Source of the DNA: Oscillospiraceae bacterium
Lineage (GTDB): Bacteria > Bacillota > Clostridia > Oscillospirales > Acutalibacteraceae
Reading direction: 5' to 3'
NCBI GenBank assembly: GCA_902790325.1
Contig: CADARP010000012.1
Location: 9,475 to 73,474, forward strand
DNA length: 64,000 bases
A program made the position numbers and the translations under genes. Positions within the stretch are counted from its first letter, which is position 1; each line of letters begins with the position of its first letter. Below, piece by piece: positions 9,358-19,109 of this stretch. The notes under the pieces were generated by a model. That model did not search any database. It was not told the DNA's origin and saw nothing but the letters and a program-made list of their open reading frames with translations.

Positions 9358-11823
9358 ATGTCCAAACGTATCCATATGATCTGCAACGCGCATCTCGATC
9401 CCGTCTGGCAGTGGACGTGGGAAGAAGGCGCGGCGGAAACGCTGTCCACGTTCCGCGTGGCGGCGAGGCTCTGCCGGCAGTTTGACGGCTTTGTGTTCAA
9501 CCACAACGAGGCGCTTTTGTACCGCTGGATCGAGGAATTTGAACCGGCGCTGTTCGCCGAGATACAAGCGCTTGTCCGCGAAGGCAAGTGGCACATCATG
9601 GGCGGGTGGCATCTGCAGCCCGACTGCAATATGCCGTCCGGCGAAGGATTTGTGCGGCAGATCATGTCCGGCCGGCAGTATTTCAAGGAGAAATTCGGCA
9701 AGGAGCCGACCACGGCGATCAACTTTGATCCGTTCGGCCACACGCGCGGTCTTGTGCAGATCCTGGCGAAGTCCGGCTTCGACAGCTATCTGTTCGGCCG
9801 TCCCGGGCAAGGCGACACGCCGCTGCCTGCGGATCTGTTCACGTGGGTCGGCTACGACGGCTCGCGCGTGACGGCATACCGCCGCTGGGCGTACAACTCT
9901 CCGCTGGGTAAGGCGGCGAAGAAAGTCGAAGATATTGCGAACGCCTGCGAGGACGGCGGGACGGTGATCTGTCTGTGGGGCGTGGGCGACCACGGCGGCG
10001 GTCCGTCCGAGAAGGATCTGCGCGACATTGCACAGCTGCAGAAGGAGATGCGCGGCGCGGGCGTCGAGCTGATCCACTCCACGCCGGAGGACTTTTTCCG
10101 CGAGGTGCGGGGCAAGGCGCTGCCGGAACACGCGGGCGACCTGAATGCGTGGGCAGTCGGCTGCTACACGAGTATGGCGCGCATCAAGCGGCAGTACCGC
10201 CGCACAGAGAACGACTATTTTATGACCGAGCAGATGGCTGCGGCCGCCGCGGCGCAGGGACTCATGGAATACCCGAAAGACGAGCTGCGCGATGCGATGT
10301 ACGATCTGCTGACCGTGCAGTTCCACGACATTCTGCCCGGTTCCGCCGTCAAGCCGGCCGAAGACGCCGCGCTGCAGATGCTCTCACACGGCGCGGAGAT
10401 TCTGTCCCGTGTGCGCACGCGCGCGTTCTTTGCGCTTTCCGGCGGGCAGAAACCGCATTTGCCGGCGGCGATCCCGATTCTCGTATACAACCCCTTCCCG
10501 TACCCCGTGGAGGGCGATTTTGCCTGTGAGATGATGCTGTGGGATCAGAACTGGGCGGAAGAGTTTTCCGTGCCGCAGGTCATGCGCGACGGAGAAGTCC
10601 TGCCGACGCAGTGCGAGAAGGAGAACAGCAGCATCAATCTCGACTGGCGCAAACGGCCCGTGTTCCACGCGACGCTGCAGCCGATGCAGATGAACCGTTT
10701 CGACTGTGCGTTTACCAAGGCGGAAAAACGCCCCGTGCCCGAAACGCGCGGGGATGCAGACTATTTATATCTCGAAAACGATCGCGTGTGCGTGCGCATC
10801 AGCAAAGCGACCGGCTTCCCGGACAGCTATACGGTCGACGGACGCGAACTGCTCTCGGCGCCGTGCGCGCTGCATGTGGTGCGCGACGACAGCGATCCGT
10901 GGGGGATGTGCGTGCACGCGTTCCCCGACCGCATCGGAACGTTCCGCACATTGACGGCGGAAGAAACGGCGGAGTGGTTCGGCCTTTCCCGTCCGCTCGA
11001 CGCCGTGCACTGTATCGAAAGCGGCGCTGTGCGCACTACGGTTGAAGCCGCGCTCGGCTACGGCCGTTCCCGCGCCGCGGTTCGCTATACGCTGTCTAAG
11101 ACAGACGGTTTGCTGCGCGCGGATATCCATGTGCATTGGTGTGAAACGCAGAAGATGCTGAAATTTGCCGTGCCCGCCGCCCTTCCGCAGGCACGGTGCT
11201 TCGGCGAGGTTGCCTACGGCGAAGAAGCGTTTTCGCAGGACGGACAGGAACACTGCGCGCAGAGATACGTGCGGCTGGAAAACGGCGACGCCGCCCTGTC
11301 CGTGCTGACCGATTCGACCTACGGATTCAGCGCGGAGGACAGCACGCTGTACATGACGCTGCTGCGTTCGGCGGCATACTGCGCGCACCCGATCGGCGAC
11401 CGCGAGCGCATTCCGCAGGATCGTCGGACGGCACATATGGAACAGGGCGAGCGCGATTTTGCTTTTGAACTGTTCGGCGGCAGCGCGGAAACGGTGCGCC
11501 GGCAGACGCCCAGACGCGCGGCGCTGCTGAATACGCACATACCCTCTCTCTCCTTCTATCCGCCGCAGGCGGGCAGAAGGGACGCGCCCGTCTTTACGCT
11601 CGACGGCGACGCGGTTTTGCAGACGGCGTTCAAGCAGGCGGAGGACGGCGACGGCTATATCCTGCGGCTGTTCAATCCGTTCGATATCGTCGCGCAGACC
11701 GTGCTTCGCTCGGACGTGTTCTCACTTTGTGAAACGCTCCGCCTAAACCCGTTTGAGATCCGCACGCTGCGCCTGCAATCCGAAAAATATACCCGGACCG
11801 ATCTCATGGAAAAGGAAAGCTGA
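9358..11823 (+). CDS. Alpha-mannosidase, glycoside hydrolase family 38
   Basis: MICNAHLDPVWQW metal-site motif and GVGDHGGGP motif, about 820 aa. The ATG at 9358 is preceded by AGAGGTG with 6-nt spacing; the track ORF starts at GTG 9349. Confidence 0.8.
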   Translation: MSKRIHMICNAHLDPVWQWTWEEGAAETLSTFRVAARLCRQFDGFVFNHNEALLYRWIEEFEPALFAEIQALVREGKWHIMGGWHLQPDCNMPSGEGFVRQIMSGRQYFKEKFGKEPTTAINFDPFGHTRGLVQILAKSGFDSYLFGRPGQGDTPLPADLFTWVGYDGSRVTAYRRWAYNSPLGKAAKKVEDIANACEDGGTVICLWGVGDHGGGPSEKDLRDIAQLQKEMRGAGVELIHSTPEDFFREVRGKALPEHAGDLNAWAVGCYTSMARIKRQYRRTENDYFMTEQMAAAAAAQGLMEYPKDELRDAMYDLLTVQFHDILPGSAVKPAEDAALQMLSHGAEILSRVRTRAFFALSGGQKPHLPAAIPILVYNPFPYPVEGDFACEMMLWDQNWAEEFSVPQVMRDGEVLPTQCEKENSSINLDWRKRPVFHATLQPMQMNRFDCAFTKAEKRPVPETRGDADYLYLENDRVCVRISKATGFPDSYTVDGRELLSAPCALHVVRDDSDPWGMCVHAFPDRIGTFRTLTAEETAEWFGLSRPLDAVHCIESGAVRTTVEAALGYGRSRAAVRYTLSKTDGLLRADIHVHWCETQKMLKFAVPAALPQARCFGEVAYGEEAFSQDGQEHCAQRYVRLENGDAALSVLTDSTYGFSAEDSTLYMTLLRSAAYCAHPIGDRERIPQDRRTAHMEQGERDFAFELFGGSAETVRRQTPRRAALLNTHIPSLSFYPPQAGRRDAPVFTLDGDAVLQTAFKQAEDGDGYILRLFNPFDIVAQTVLRSDVFSLCETLRLNPFEIRTLRLQSEKYTRTDLMEKES

Positions 11824-11824
11824 T

Positions 11825-12538
11825 ATGGCAAACGAATGGATCCTGTACGGCGTGGACGAGCACGACCCGTACTGCCTCAAAAGTCCGCAAGCGCTGACTG
11901 CGTACATCCGCGAGGTCGGCTTCCTGCCGCTGTTCCGGTGCGGTATTCCGGGCTTTTCCGTCGAGGAACGCACCGTGCCGTACTATTGGTGGAGCGGCGA
12001 CGAGCGGCGCGATCCGTGGGAATGGCGTCGGCTTCTTGCCGCGAAAGGCGAGGTCGCATACGGTAAATTTTTCGACGGAAAAGCGGGCTTTATTTCGACC
12101 GACTGGCTGCCTTACTTTGCCAATTACCGGCGCGACGGTTATGATTTCGACGCGCTGTGGGATGAAGGAAAGGCGACGCACCGCCAGAAAAAGATCATGG
12201 ACTGCTTCGCGGACGGACAGGAGCTGTTCTCCCATGTGACGCGCCGCACGGCGGGGTTCGGCAAGGACGGCGAAAAGAATTTCGAGGGTACGGTCACATC
12301 GCTGCAAATGCAGTTGTATCTCGTGATCCGCGACTTCCGCCAGAAGCGCAATAAGGCGGGTCTGCCGTACGGGTGGCATCTGGCGGTCTACACCATGCCG
12401 GAAACGATCTGGGGATACGACCTGCTGTCGTCGGCGTACGGTGAGGAGCCCGCCGCATCGCGCGAGCGCATCTGCCGCCGCCTGCGCGAGGTATACCCCA
12501 TCGCATCGGATGAAGCGGTACAAAAGCTGTTGGGTTAA
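11825..12538 (+). CDS. Conserved hypothetical protein, possibly an AlkZ/YcaQ-related winged-helix protein
   Basis: The ATG at 11825 lies 1 nt after the GH38 stop. FLPLF...IPGFS...DPWEWR...YGKFF..KAGFIS is reminiscent of AlkZ-related proteins; this is recollection only and not verified. Confidence 0.5.
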   Translation: MANEWILYGVDEHDPYCLKSPQALTAYIREVGFLPLFRCGIPGFSVEERTVPYYWWSGDERRDPWEWRRLLAAKGEVAYGKFFDGKAGFISTDWLPYFANYRRDGYDFDALWDEGKATHRQKKIMDCFADGQELFSHVTRRTAGFGKDGEKNFEGTVTSLQMQLYLVIRDFRQKRNKAGLPYGWHLAVYTMPETIWGYDLLSSAYGEEPAASRERICRRLREVYPIASDEAVQKLLG

Positions 12539-12571
12539 AAGTACACGGACAAATCTTTCGGGAGAGATTGC

Positions 12572-14083
12572 ATGAAGATCATTTGCGGCCGCAAGCACGT
12601 TGTCGGTACGGCGGACAGGATGCTGTACGGCCATTTTTTGGAGCACTTTCACAGGCAGATCTATGCGGGCGTTTTCGATCCGTCCTCGCCGTTCGCCGAT
12701 GAAGACGGGTTCCGGCAGGACGTGCTCGACGCGCTGCGGCGCATCCGTACGCCGATCATTCGCTGGCCGGGCGGATGCTTCGTGTCCGCCTACAACTGGA
12801 AATACGGCGTCGGAAAAGACCGCGTCCCCGTTTATGACAAAGCGTGGCGGGTGGAAGAATCGAACCGGTTCGGCACGGACGAGTTTATAAAGCTCTGCCG
12901 CAAGATCGGCTGTGAGCCGTATATCTGCACCAACGCCGGAACAGGGACTGCCGAGGAGATGAGCGACTGGGTCGAATACTGCAATCTGCGCAGCATGGGC
13001 AGATACGCGAAACAGCGCATCGCAAACGGTTTTTCCGATCCGCACCGTGTACGCTACTGGAGCATCGGCAACGAGAACTGGGGCGCACATGAGATCGGCG
13101 CCAAGGAAGCGCGGGAATGGGGGCGTCTGGTGCGGGAATCCGCCAAAATGATGCTGCGTGTCGATCCGACCATCGAGCTGTCCGCCGCATCCATTCCGGA
13201 TCTCGACTGGAACCTCAACCTTCTGCGGGAAGCGGGACAGTACCTGGACTGGATCTCCATCCACGGTTATTGGGGCAACACGAAAAACGGTACCCTGCCC
13301 GACGATTATGATACAGTCATCCTGCACACGGGTGCAGATATCGCCGGCTCCATCGATCGCGTCCGTGCCTATCTGACGGCGGTCGGGCTGGAAAAGAAGA
13401 TCCGGATCGCATTTGACGAGTGGAATCTGCGCGGGTGGTATCACCCGAATCTGATGGATTCGTGGGACCGCGACAGTCTGTGCGGGGAGGACGAGGCGTT
13501 CTACCGCGACAAGGTGCTCGGCGAGCGCGATAAAAACGATATAAACGCGATTTACACGATGGCGGACGCCGTGTTTTCCGCGTCGTTCCTCAATACATGC
13601 CTGCGCAACTGCGATCTGGTGCGCATGGCGTGCTTCTCGCCCGTCGTCAACACGCGCGGCGCGATCTTTACGCATGCGGACGGGATCGTGCTGCGCCCGC
13701 AGTTCTTCGTTTTTGAGATGTATTCCGGTCTGCTGCGGGACACGGTGCTGCAGCAGTGGAGCGAAGACGTGCCGTCGATCAGCGGACACGCAGATGACGA
13801 GACGAAAACCGTCGATGCGATCGACGTCGTCGTGACGTGCGGCGATAAAGGATATGCCGTCTCCGCCGTCAATAAGGACCCGAAGACAGCACACACGGTC
13901 GAACTGCGCTTCCTCGACGGTACGCCGCGCGAAATGCGGATGCACACGCTGAACGGCCCCTCTCCCGACGCATACAACGACGTCGGGCAGACGCAGGTCG
14001 GTGTGACTGTCGGCACGTGGACGCCGTTTGACGGCACGTTCACACTCCCGCCGCACTCTGTCAATGTGATCGAGCTGCGCTGA
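12572..14083 (+). CDS. abfA: Alpha-L-arabinofuranosidase, glycoside hydrolase family 51
   Basis: GHFLEHFHRQIYAGVFDP, IRWPGGCFVSAYNW and IGNENWG motifs, about 500 aa. Confidence 0.85.
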   Translation: MKIICGRKHVVGTADRMLYGHFLEHFHRQIYAGVFDPSSPFADEDGFRQDVLDALRRIRTPIIRWPGGCFVSAYNWKYGVGKDRVPVYDKAWRVEESNRFGTDEFIKLCRKIGCEPYICTNAGTGTAEEMSDWVEYCNLRSMGRYAKQRIANGFSDPHRVRYWSIGNENWGAHEIGAKEAREWGRLVRESAKMMLRVDPTIELSAASIPDLDWNLNLLREAGQYLDWISIHGYWGNTKNGTLPDDYDTVILHTGADIAGSIDRVRAYLTAVGLEKKIRIAFDEWNLRGWYHPNLMDSWDRDSLCGEDEAFYRDKVLGERDKNDINAIYTMADAVFSASFLNTCLRNCDLVRMACFSPVVNTRGAIFTHADGIVLRPQFFVFEMYSGLLRDTVLQQWSEDVPSISGHADDETKTVDAIDVVVTCGDKGYAVSAVNKDPKTAHTVELRFLDGTPREMRMHTLNGPSPDAYNDVGQTQVGVTVGTWTPFDGTFTLPPHSVNVIELR

Positions 14084-14162
14084 CACGGGGAACGCCGCGC
14101 CTTGACAAAGGTTAGGCTCTCTTTTATAATGGAACAAACATCACGACACGGAGGTACGGAAC

Positions 14163-15206
14163 GTGCAGGAAACGATTTGGGTAGTCATTCCGGTCTACAA
14201 CGCGCAGCATGATGTGAAGCGCGCTGTGCGTGCTGTGCAGAAACAGACGTACGCGCCGCTGCGTATTGTGCTGGTGGACGACGGCTCCAAGGATCGCAGC
14301 CCGGAGATCTGCGACGCGCTGGCTGCGCAGGACGCGCGTATCCGTGTCGTGCACCAGGAGAACGGCGGCTCTTTTGCGGCGCGAAAAGCCGGTGTGCTCG
14401 CGTGCGACGCTGCCGACGGGGACTATATCTGCTTTTGCGACGCCGACGATCGGATGCCGCCGCATGCGCTGCAGGCGCTGTACACGGCGTGCAGCCGGTT
14501 CGACGCGGACATCAGTCTGGCTGTGCTGACCAGAATCTGGCACGGACTCAGGCTCCAAAAACCTGCGAAGGGACAGCCGGATCTGTGCATCGAGCGCAAG
14601 ACATTTTTTGAAAAATACTTCTGCAGTTGGTACGGGATCACGCTGATGCCGGTCAACTTGTGCGGAAAGCTGTATCGGGCGCCGCTGATCGCGGCGGCAT
14701 ACAACGCCGTTCCGCCGGGGACGACGCGATTCTTCGGCGAGGATCTTGTCGTGACGCTCAACGCATGCGCCGCGGCAAACCGGATCGTGTGGATCCCGGA
14801 CGAAGTCTACGATTATCGCATGGGCGGCGGATCGTCGCGCTATCGGCCGGACATGCTGCGGGAGTTTATCGGACTGTACCGCTACAAGATGGCGTTTTCC
14901 GAGAATTACACGGCGCCGCAGGATCTGCGTCTGCTCAGCGACATCGAGCTGTGCAATGTGACGCTGTCTTTCTGCCGCACCGTGATGGCGGAAAAAGCGC
15001 TGACGCCGCAGGAACGCCGTGCGGTCATCGGGGAGAGCGTGCGTCTGCCGGAGATCCTGGCTGCCGCCGAGCATGTGCTCGCGTCGGACTACACGGAAAA
15101 AACATACGCGCGGATGATCGCGCAGGCGGACGTGGATGCGATCGAGCGGGAAGCCGCGCCGGTCGGGTTCGTACACAAGGCGCTGCGCCGCGTTCTGCAC
15201 AGATAA
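14163..15206 (+). CDS. Glycosyltransferase family 2
   Basis: VVIPVYNAQHDVKRAVRAVQKQTY...IVLVDDGSKDRS...CDADD (DxD) is a typical GT-A fold signature. GTG start. Confidence 0.8.
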   Translation: MQETIWVVIPVYNAQHDVKRAVRAVQKQTYAPLRIVLVDDGSKDRSPEICDALAAQDARIRVVHQENGGSFAARKAGVLACDAADGDYICFCDADDRMPPHALQALYTACSRFDADISLAVLTRIWHGLRLQKPAKGQPDLCIERKTFFEKYFCSWYGITLMPVNLCGKLYRAPLIAAAYNAVPPGTTRFFGEDLVVTLNACAAANRIVWIPDEVYDYRMGGGSSRYRPDMLREFIGLYRYKMAFSENYTAPQDLRLLSDIELCNVTLSFCRTVMAEKALTPQERRAVIGESVRLPEILAAAEHVLASDYTEKTYARMIAQADVDAIEREAAPVGFVHKALRRVLHR

Positions 15207-15219
15207 ACACAAACAGAAA

Positions 15220-15262
15220 CCCCTCTGCCGGACTTGTTTGTTCGGCGGAGGGGCTGTTTCTT
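15220..15262. terminator. Hairpin terminator between the GT2 gene and the tRNA-Arg(CCU) gene
   Basis: cccctctgccg ... cggcggagggg stem followed by a T-rich tract. Confidence 0.5.
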
Positions 15263-15313
15263 GTCTCTTGACAGACAAAAACAAGAGCGCAGACAGACTG
15301 CACTCTTGCTCTC

Positions 15314-15388
15314 TGGCACCCCCTGGGGGAATCGAACCCTCAACTGACCCTTAGGAGGGGCCCGTTATATCCATTTAACTAAGGAGGC
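15314..15388 (-). tRNA. tRNA-Arg (anticodon CCU), CCA encoded
   Basis: Manual cloverleaf on the reverse complement. Acceptor stem GCCUCCU/AGGGGGU, D stem GUUA/UAAC. Anticodon stem GGCCC/GGGUC with loop CUCCUAA. T arm GAGGG-UUCGAUU-CCCCC, then G-CCA. There is a G1-U72 wobble and one A-C mismatch in the T stem. Confidence 0.75.
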
Positions 15389-15401
15389 ACAGAACGGTAT
15401 T

Positions 15402-15430
15402 ATACTATCAGAATTTTTGTGTGCTGTCAA
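15402..15430 (-). promoter_or_regulatory. Sigma-70-type promoter for tRNA-Arg(CCU)
   Basis: On the minus strand, TTGACA, a 17-nt spacer, then TAGTAT (overlapping TATAAT), ending about 14 nt upstream of the tRNA 5' end. Confidence 0.5.
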
Positions 15431-15492
15431 GGAGAAAAACCAAAAACGGCTGCCGCGTTCCGAACCGGAAAACGGCAGCCGATCGTATGTGC

Positions 15493-16701
15493 TTATCTTG
15501 CGGCAGGGACGTTCAAAACGAGATTGGTCAGCGGGAACGAGCAGCACGGATGGATGCAGTCGAACTTGTGGTCCGCCATGCGGCGGTACTCCATGTTCTT
15601 CGGCACATACACCTTGCCCGCGAGCAGATGCGAGTGGCAGAAGCCGCATTCGCCGCTGCGGCAGCGCGCCGGGACGGCGATGCCGTTCTTTTCGAGGATC
15701 TGCATGACGGAGTCGCCCGTAGAACCGGTAACGGTCTTCGTCTCATCTTGGATTGTGACCGTGATCTGCACTGTCTGGGGTACGTCAGACGGATAATCCG
15801 GCTGCGAAGCGGGGTTGTGGAATTCGCCGAACATCTCGTGGCGGATGTACTTGCGCGGAAGGTCGAGCTTCTCGAGCTCCTTGTCCACGAACGCATACAT
15901 CTGCTGCGGGCCGCACAGGAAGACCGAATACGGTTCGTCCGCGGGCGCGTACTTCTGGATGAGCTCCGCGGTGATGAATCCCTTCTCGGTGCCCTTGCGC
16001 ATTCTGCCGGCCGTCTTCTCGCTCAGGACATGGATGACCTTGACCTTGTCGGTCTTCTTCGCGATGGCGGCCAACTCGTCGCGGAACAGGATGCTTTCCC
16101 ACGTGCGGCTGCCGTAAAGCAGCGTCATCTCGAAATCCTCGTCGCCGTCGGCGATGGCTGCCGCCATGGACAGGAACGGCGTGATACCGCTGCCGCCCGC
16201 AAGGCAGATGACCTTTTTCGCGTCGCGCAGCGGCTGGTACTCGAACGTGCCGGACGGCGCGGAAACTTCGACAGGCGTACCGACAGCCCAGTTGTCGAGG
16301 ATGTAGCGGGACATAAGTCCGCCTTCGACGAGCTTGATGGTCAGCGTATATTTGCCTTCGACCGCCTCTTTGGGCGAACCGGAGATGGAGTATGCGCGCG
16401 TGACGCGCATGCCTTCGATCGTCTCGAATACGGTCAGATACTTGCCCGCGCCGAAGGGAGCGAGCGCCGTCGTGCCGCGTTCGGGATCGGGAACGAGCTC
16501 AAAGCTCTTGCAGTCTTCGCCGCGCTCGATGACGGCGGAAACGCGCAGATACTGCCGCACGGGATGCAGCGCGCGCGCGATCACGCGCGACTGGTCGGAG
16601 CCGGGAGGCAGCGTTGCGGGCGAAGCTTCAAAGCGATCCTGCCGGTCGGGCAGCATGGAAAGGAACTTTTTATAGTCGAGTGATTTGAGCGGACTTGCCA
16701 T
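15493..16701 (-). CDS. FAD/NAD(P)-binding ferredoxin-reductase-type oxidoreductase with a C-terminal plant-type 2Fe-2S ferredoxin domain
   Basis: RAYSISGSP (FAD RxYS motif), LAGGSGITP (NAD-binding motif) and the C-terminal CRSGECGFCHS...C cluster motif. Confidence 0.75.
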   Translation of the reverse strand: MASPLKSLDYKKFLSMLPDRQDRFEASPATLPPGSDQSRVIARALHPVRQYLRVSAVIERGEDCKSFELVPDPERGTTALAPFGAGKYLTVFETIEGMRVTRAYSISGSPKEAVEGKYTLTIKLVEGGLMSRYILDNWAVGTPVEVSAPSGTFEYQPLRDAKKVICLAGGSGITPFLSMAAAIADGDEDFEMTLLYGSRTWESILFRDELAAIAKKTDKVKVIHVLSEKTAGRMRKGTEKGFITAELIQKYAPADEPYSVFLCGPQQMYAFVDKELEKLDLPRKYIRHEMFGEFHNPASQPDYPSDVPQTVQITVTIQDETKTVTGSTGDSVMQILEKNGIAVPARCRSGECGFCHSHLLAGKVYVPKNMEYRRMADHKFDCIHPCCSFPLTNLVLNVPAAR

Positions 16702-16702
16702 C

Positions 16703-18268
16703 TTACTTGCCCTCCTTGAATGCTTTGATCGTCAGATTGGCGGCCTTTTCGCCGGTGTGGTATGCACAGCCGTAACCGTCGCCGCGTTCCTGCGATGCGC
16801 CGCAGAACAGGAAATTGTCGAACGGCTGATCCTTCATGTACTGGATGGTACGCGGGATCATGCTGTCCCATTTCTGGAGCATATAGCCGTAAGGCGTGCC
16901 GTGCGGGGTGTTCAGATAGCGCGAGAACGTCGGCGGCAGCGCGATCTCGATCTCTTCGATGTACGGCTGGATGGAGACGTTCAGCGCCTTTTCGCACGTT
17001 TCGATCATATCTTTGGCGACTTTGGTCTTGAACTTCTTATAGTCCTTCGGCTCAACATCCTGCATCACGTCGTCGAACGTCATGGACGTCAGGAACAGGA
17101 TGCTCGTGCCCTCGGGGGAGCAGTCGGGGATCGCGTTGTTCATGCAGTTGATGATGCAGTAGCCGCTGCCGTATTCCTTGCACAGTTCATACTGCGTATC
17201 GGAATCGGTATCGGGCGCGATGAAGATGGAGTAATCTTTGAAGCCGAGCTCCTCCGCGGTCTTGTTCATGCCGAGATAGACTGTCGTCAGGCTCACGGCG
17301 ACCTTGCGCGCGTTGGTCATCTGCAGCTGCTTTTTCGGAATGTCTTTGAGATCGAACAGATCGTTCCACACAAAGTTCGGCATACCGTTGCAGATGAAGC
17401 GCTTGCCGTACACTTCCTTTTCGCCGTTGACGACCACGCCGGCAGGTTTGCCGCCCTGCATGATGATCTTGGTCACTTCGGAGTTGTACCAGATGTCGCC
17501 GCCGTAGTCGCGGATGACCTTGTCGATCGCAAGACTCATCTCGTGGCTTCTGCGCTTGGGCATACCGGCGCCGTTCTTGATATAGCCGTGCAGCATGCAC
17601 ATATAGTACATGAAGTCGAACTGGGATGCGGGCACGCCCATGTAGCACCAGTAGGTGCAGAAAATATCCTGCGCTTTTTTCGGCATGCCGAGCGCGTCAA
17701 GGCCGTCTTTCAACGTGTGCGACGTCATGCGCATGATGTCGGGCAGCACTTTTGCCGCGCCGGCGCCGCCGCGCAGGAAGTCGCCGTCCTCGATCTTGTC
17801 GAGCGCTTTGAAGAAATCCTGGGCGATGCGGAACGCCGCCATGCTGCTCTCGTAGGAACCGGGGACAAGCTCGTCGAGCTTGCGGGAGAACGCCTCGAAC
17901 CCGACGGGCATGCGCACGTCCACGACGACCTCCACGCCGTCCTCGTTGACGAACGTGTCCGTGTCGCCCTCCTTGGCGGGAACGACGAGACGGAACGTGG
18001 ATTCGTCCCGGACCCAGTCGACCTGTCCGCCGATGCGGGCGAAGAACTTCTCAATATCGCCGGGATCTCCGGGCGCGCCGATGCCGGCCAGCTCGTGCAG
18101 CGACGGCTCGAATTCAAAACGGCCGCGCACGAATGAGGAGGCGGAGCCTCCGGGGATGTTGTGTCTCTCCAGCAGAAGCGTGGAAAGACCGGCTTTTGCG
18201 CAGGTCGCGGCTGCCGCCAGACCGCCGTTGCCCGCGCCGATCACAATTACGTCATAGGTTTTGGCCAT
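16703..18268 (-). CDS. NAD(P)/FAD-dependent oxidoreductase, phytoene-desaturase (CrtI)-like family
   Basis: The ATG at 18268 (MAKTYDVIVIGAGNGGLAAA dinucleotide-binding motif) has a GGAGG RBS upstream. Its stop lies 1 nt from the start of the downstream reductase gene. The track ORF extends further upstream without support. Confidence 0.75.
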   Translation of the reverse strand: MAKTYDVIVIGAGNGGLAAAATCAKAGLSTLLLERHNIPGGSASSFVRGRFEFEPSLHELAGIGAPGDPGDIEKFFARIGGQVDWVRDESTFRLVVPAKEGDTDTFVNEDGVEVVVDVRMPVGFEAFSRKLDELVPGSYESSMAAFRIAQDFFKALDKIEDGDFLRGGAGAAKVLPDIMRMTSHTLKDGLDALGMPKKAQDIFCTYWCYMGVPASQFDFMYYMCMLHGYIKNGAGMPKRRSHEMSLAIDKVIRDYGGDIWYNSEVTKIIMQGGKPAGVVVNGEKEVYGKRFICNGMPNFVWNDLFDLKDIPKKQLQMTNARKVAVSLTTVYLGMNKTAEELGFKDYSIFIAPDTDSDTQYELCKEYGSGYCIINCMNNAIPDCSPEGTSILFLTSMTFDDVMQDVEPKDYKKFKTKVAKDMIETCEKALNVSIQPYIEEIEIALPPTFSRYLNTPHGTPYGYMLQKWDSMIPRTIQYMKDQPFDNFLFCGASQERGDGYGCAYHTGEKAANLTIKAFKEGK

Positions 18269-18353
18269 AAGGAACTCCTCTCTTCTCAAAAGATTCTGCC
18301 TATTATATGTATCATACCATGATTTTACTGCTGTTGCAAGATTTTTTTGCGGC

Positions 18354-18959
18354 TTACGTCCACAATTCCTCCGGCAGGTGGCTGACGTCGTTGACGAGCT
18401 TCGCTTTGACACGGCCGTCCGGCAGAAACAGGATGCGGTCGACGCAGGCGTTGCGCTGGCTGAAATTGAACTGCGCCGGTTTCGGCAGCCCCATCGCCGC
18501 CAGCAGCAGATATGTGTTGAACTGCCCGTGCGCAACGAGCAGGACGGTGCCTTCCGGACATTTTTCGCGCACATAACGGATTGCGTACCGCGCGCGGTCG
18601 AGCGCGATCTCGTCCGTTTCCTGCGGCAGTGCGTGCCGGTCGGGATAGACGGCGGTCGGGCAGACTTCCCGCAGCTTCTCCGTCGGAAGGCCGCAGTAGT
18701 CCGGGACAGGCTGATGCTCCATCAGCTCCGGCAGCAGCTCGACCGGGATCGGGCGTTTCTGCCGCGAGAGGACGGCCTGCGCCGTCTCGACCGCACGCAG
18801 CAGCGGACTGCAAAAGATCGCGTCGAATGGTACGGATGCAAGGCGTTCCGCCAGGAGATTTGCCTGCGTGTGCCCGCGCTGCGTCAGCACGGGGTCGGCG
18901 GAGTCGTCCGCGCCCGTATTGCCGAACGTCTCCGCATGACGCACAAGATACAGATCCAT
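18354..18959 (-). CDS. Histidine phosphatase (phosphoglycerate mutase-like) family protein
   Basis: MDLYLVRHAETFGN is the catalytic RHG motif. The ATG at 18959 is preceded by AGGAGG. Confidence 0.8.
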   Translation of the reverse strand: MDLYLVRHAETFGNTGADDSADPVLTQRGHTQANLLAERLASVPFDAIFCSPLLRAVETAQAVLSRQKRPIPVELLPELMEHQPVPDYCGLPTEKLREVCPTAVYPDRHALPQETDEIALDRARYAIRYVREKCPEGTVLLVAHGQFNTYLLLAAMGLPKPAQFNFSQRNACVDRILFLPDGRVKAKLVNDVSHLPEELWT

Positions 18960-19022
18960 CCGGCACCTCCTTTTTGTTTCTTTACGGCTCAATATACCAT
19001 AAAAACGGCATAAAATCCACTC

Positions 19023-19051
19023 TTGCATCCTGCGCGGAAATGGTGTATAAT
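19023..19051 (+). promoter_or_regulatory. Sigma-70-type promoter upstream of miaB
   Basis: TTGCAT (19023-19028), a 17-nt spacer, then TATAAT (19046-19051). Confidence 0.6.
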
Positions 19052-19109
19052 ACTATGCTGTATAGTTGTATACTGTCATTCTATACCCTTTGCAGAAGGA
19101 GAACTCCCT

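Noticed and set aside
15314-15388. tRNA-Arg(CCU) as a second island integration site.
   Set aside because: The flanking genes on both sides keep host-like high G+C, and no integrase or recombinase genes are nearby. It appears to be an ordinary solitary tRNA gene with its own promoter.
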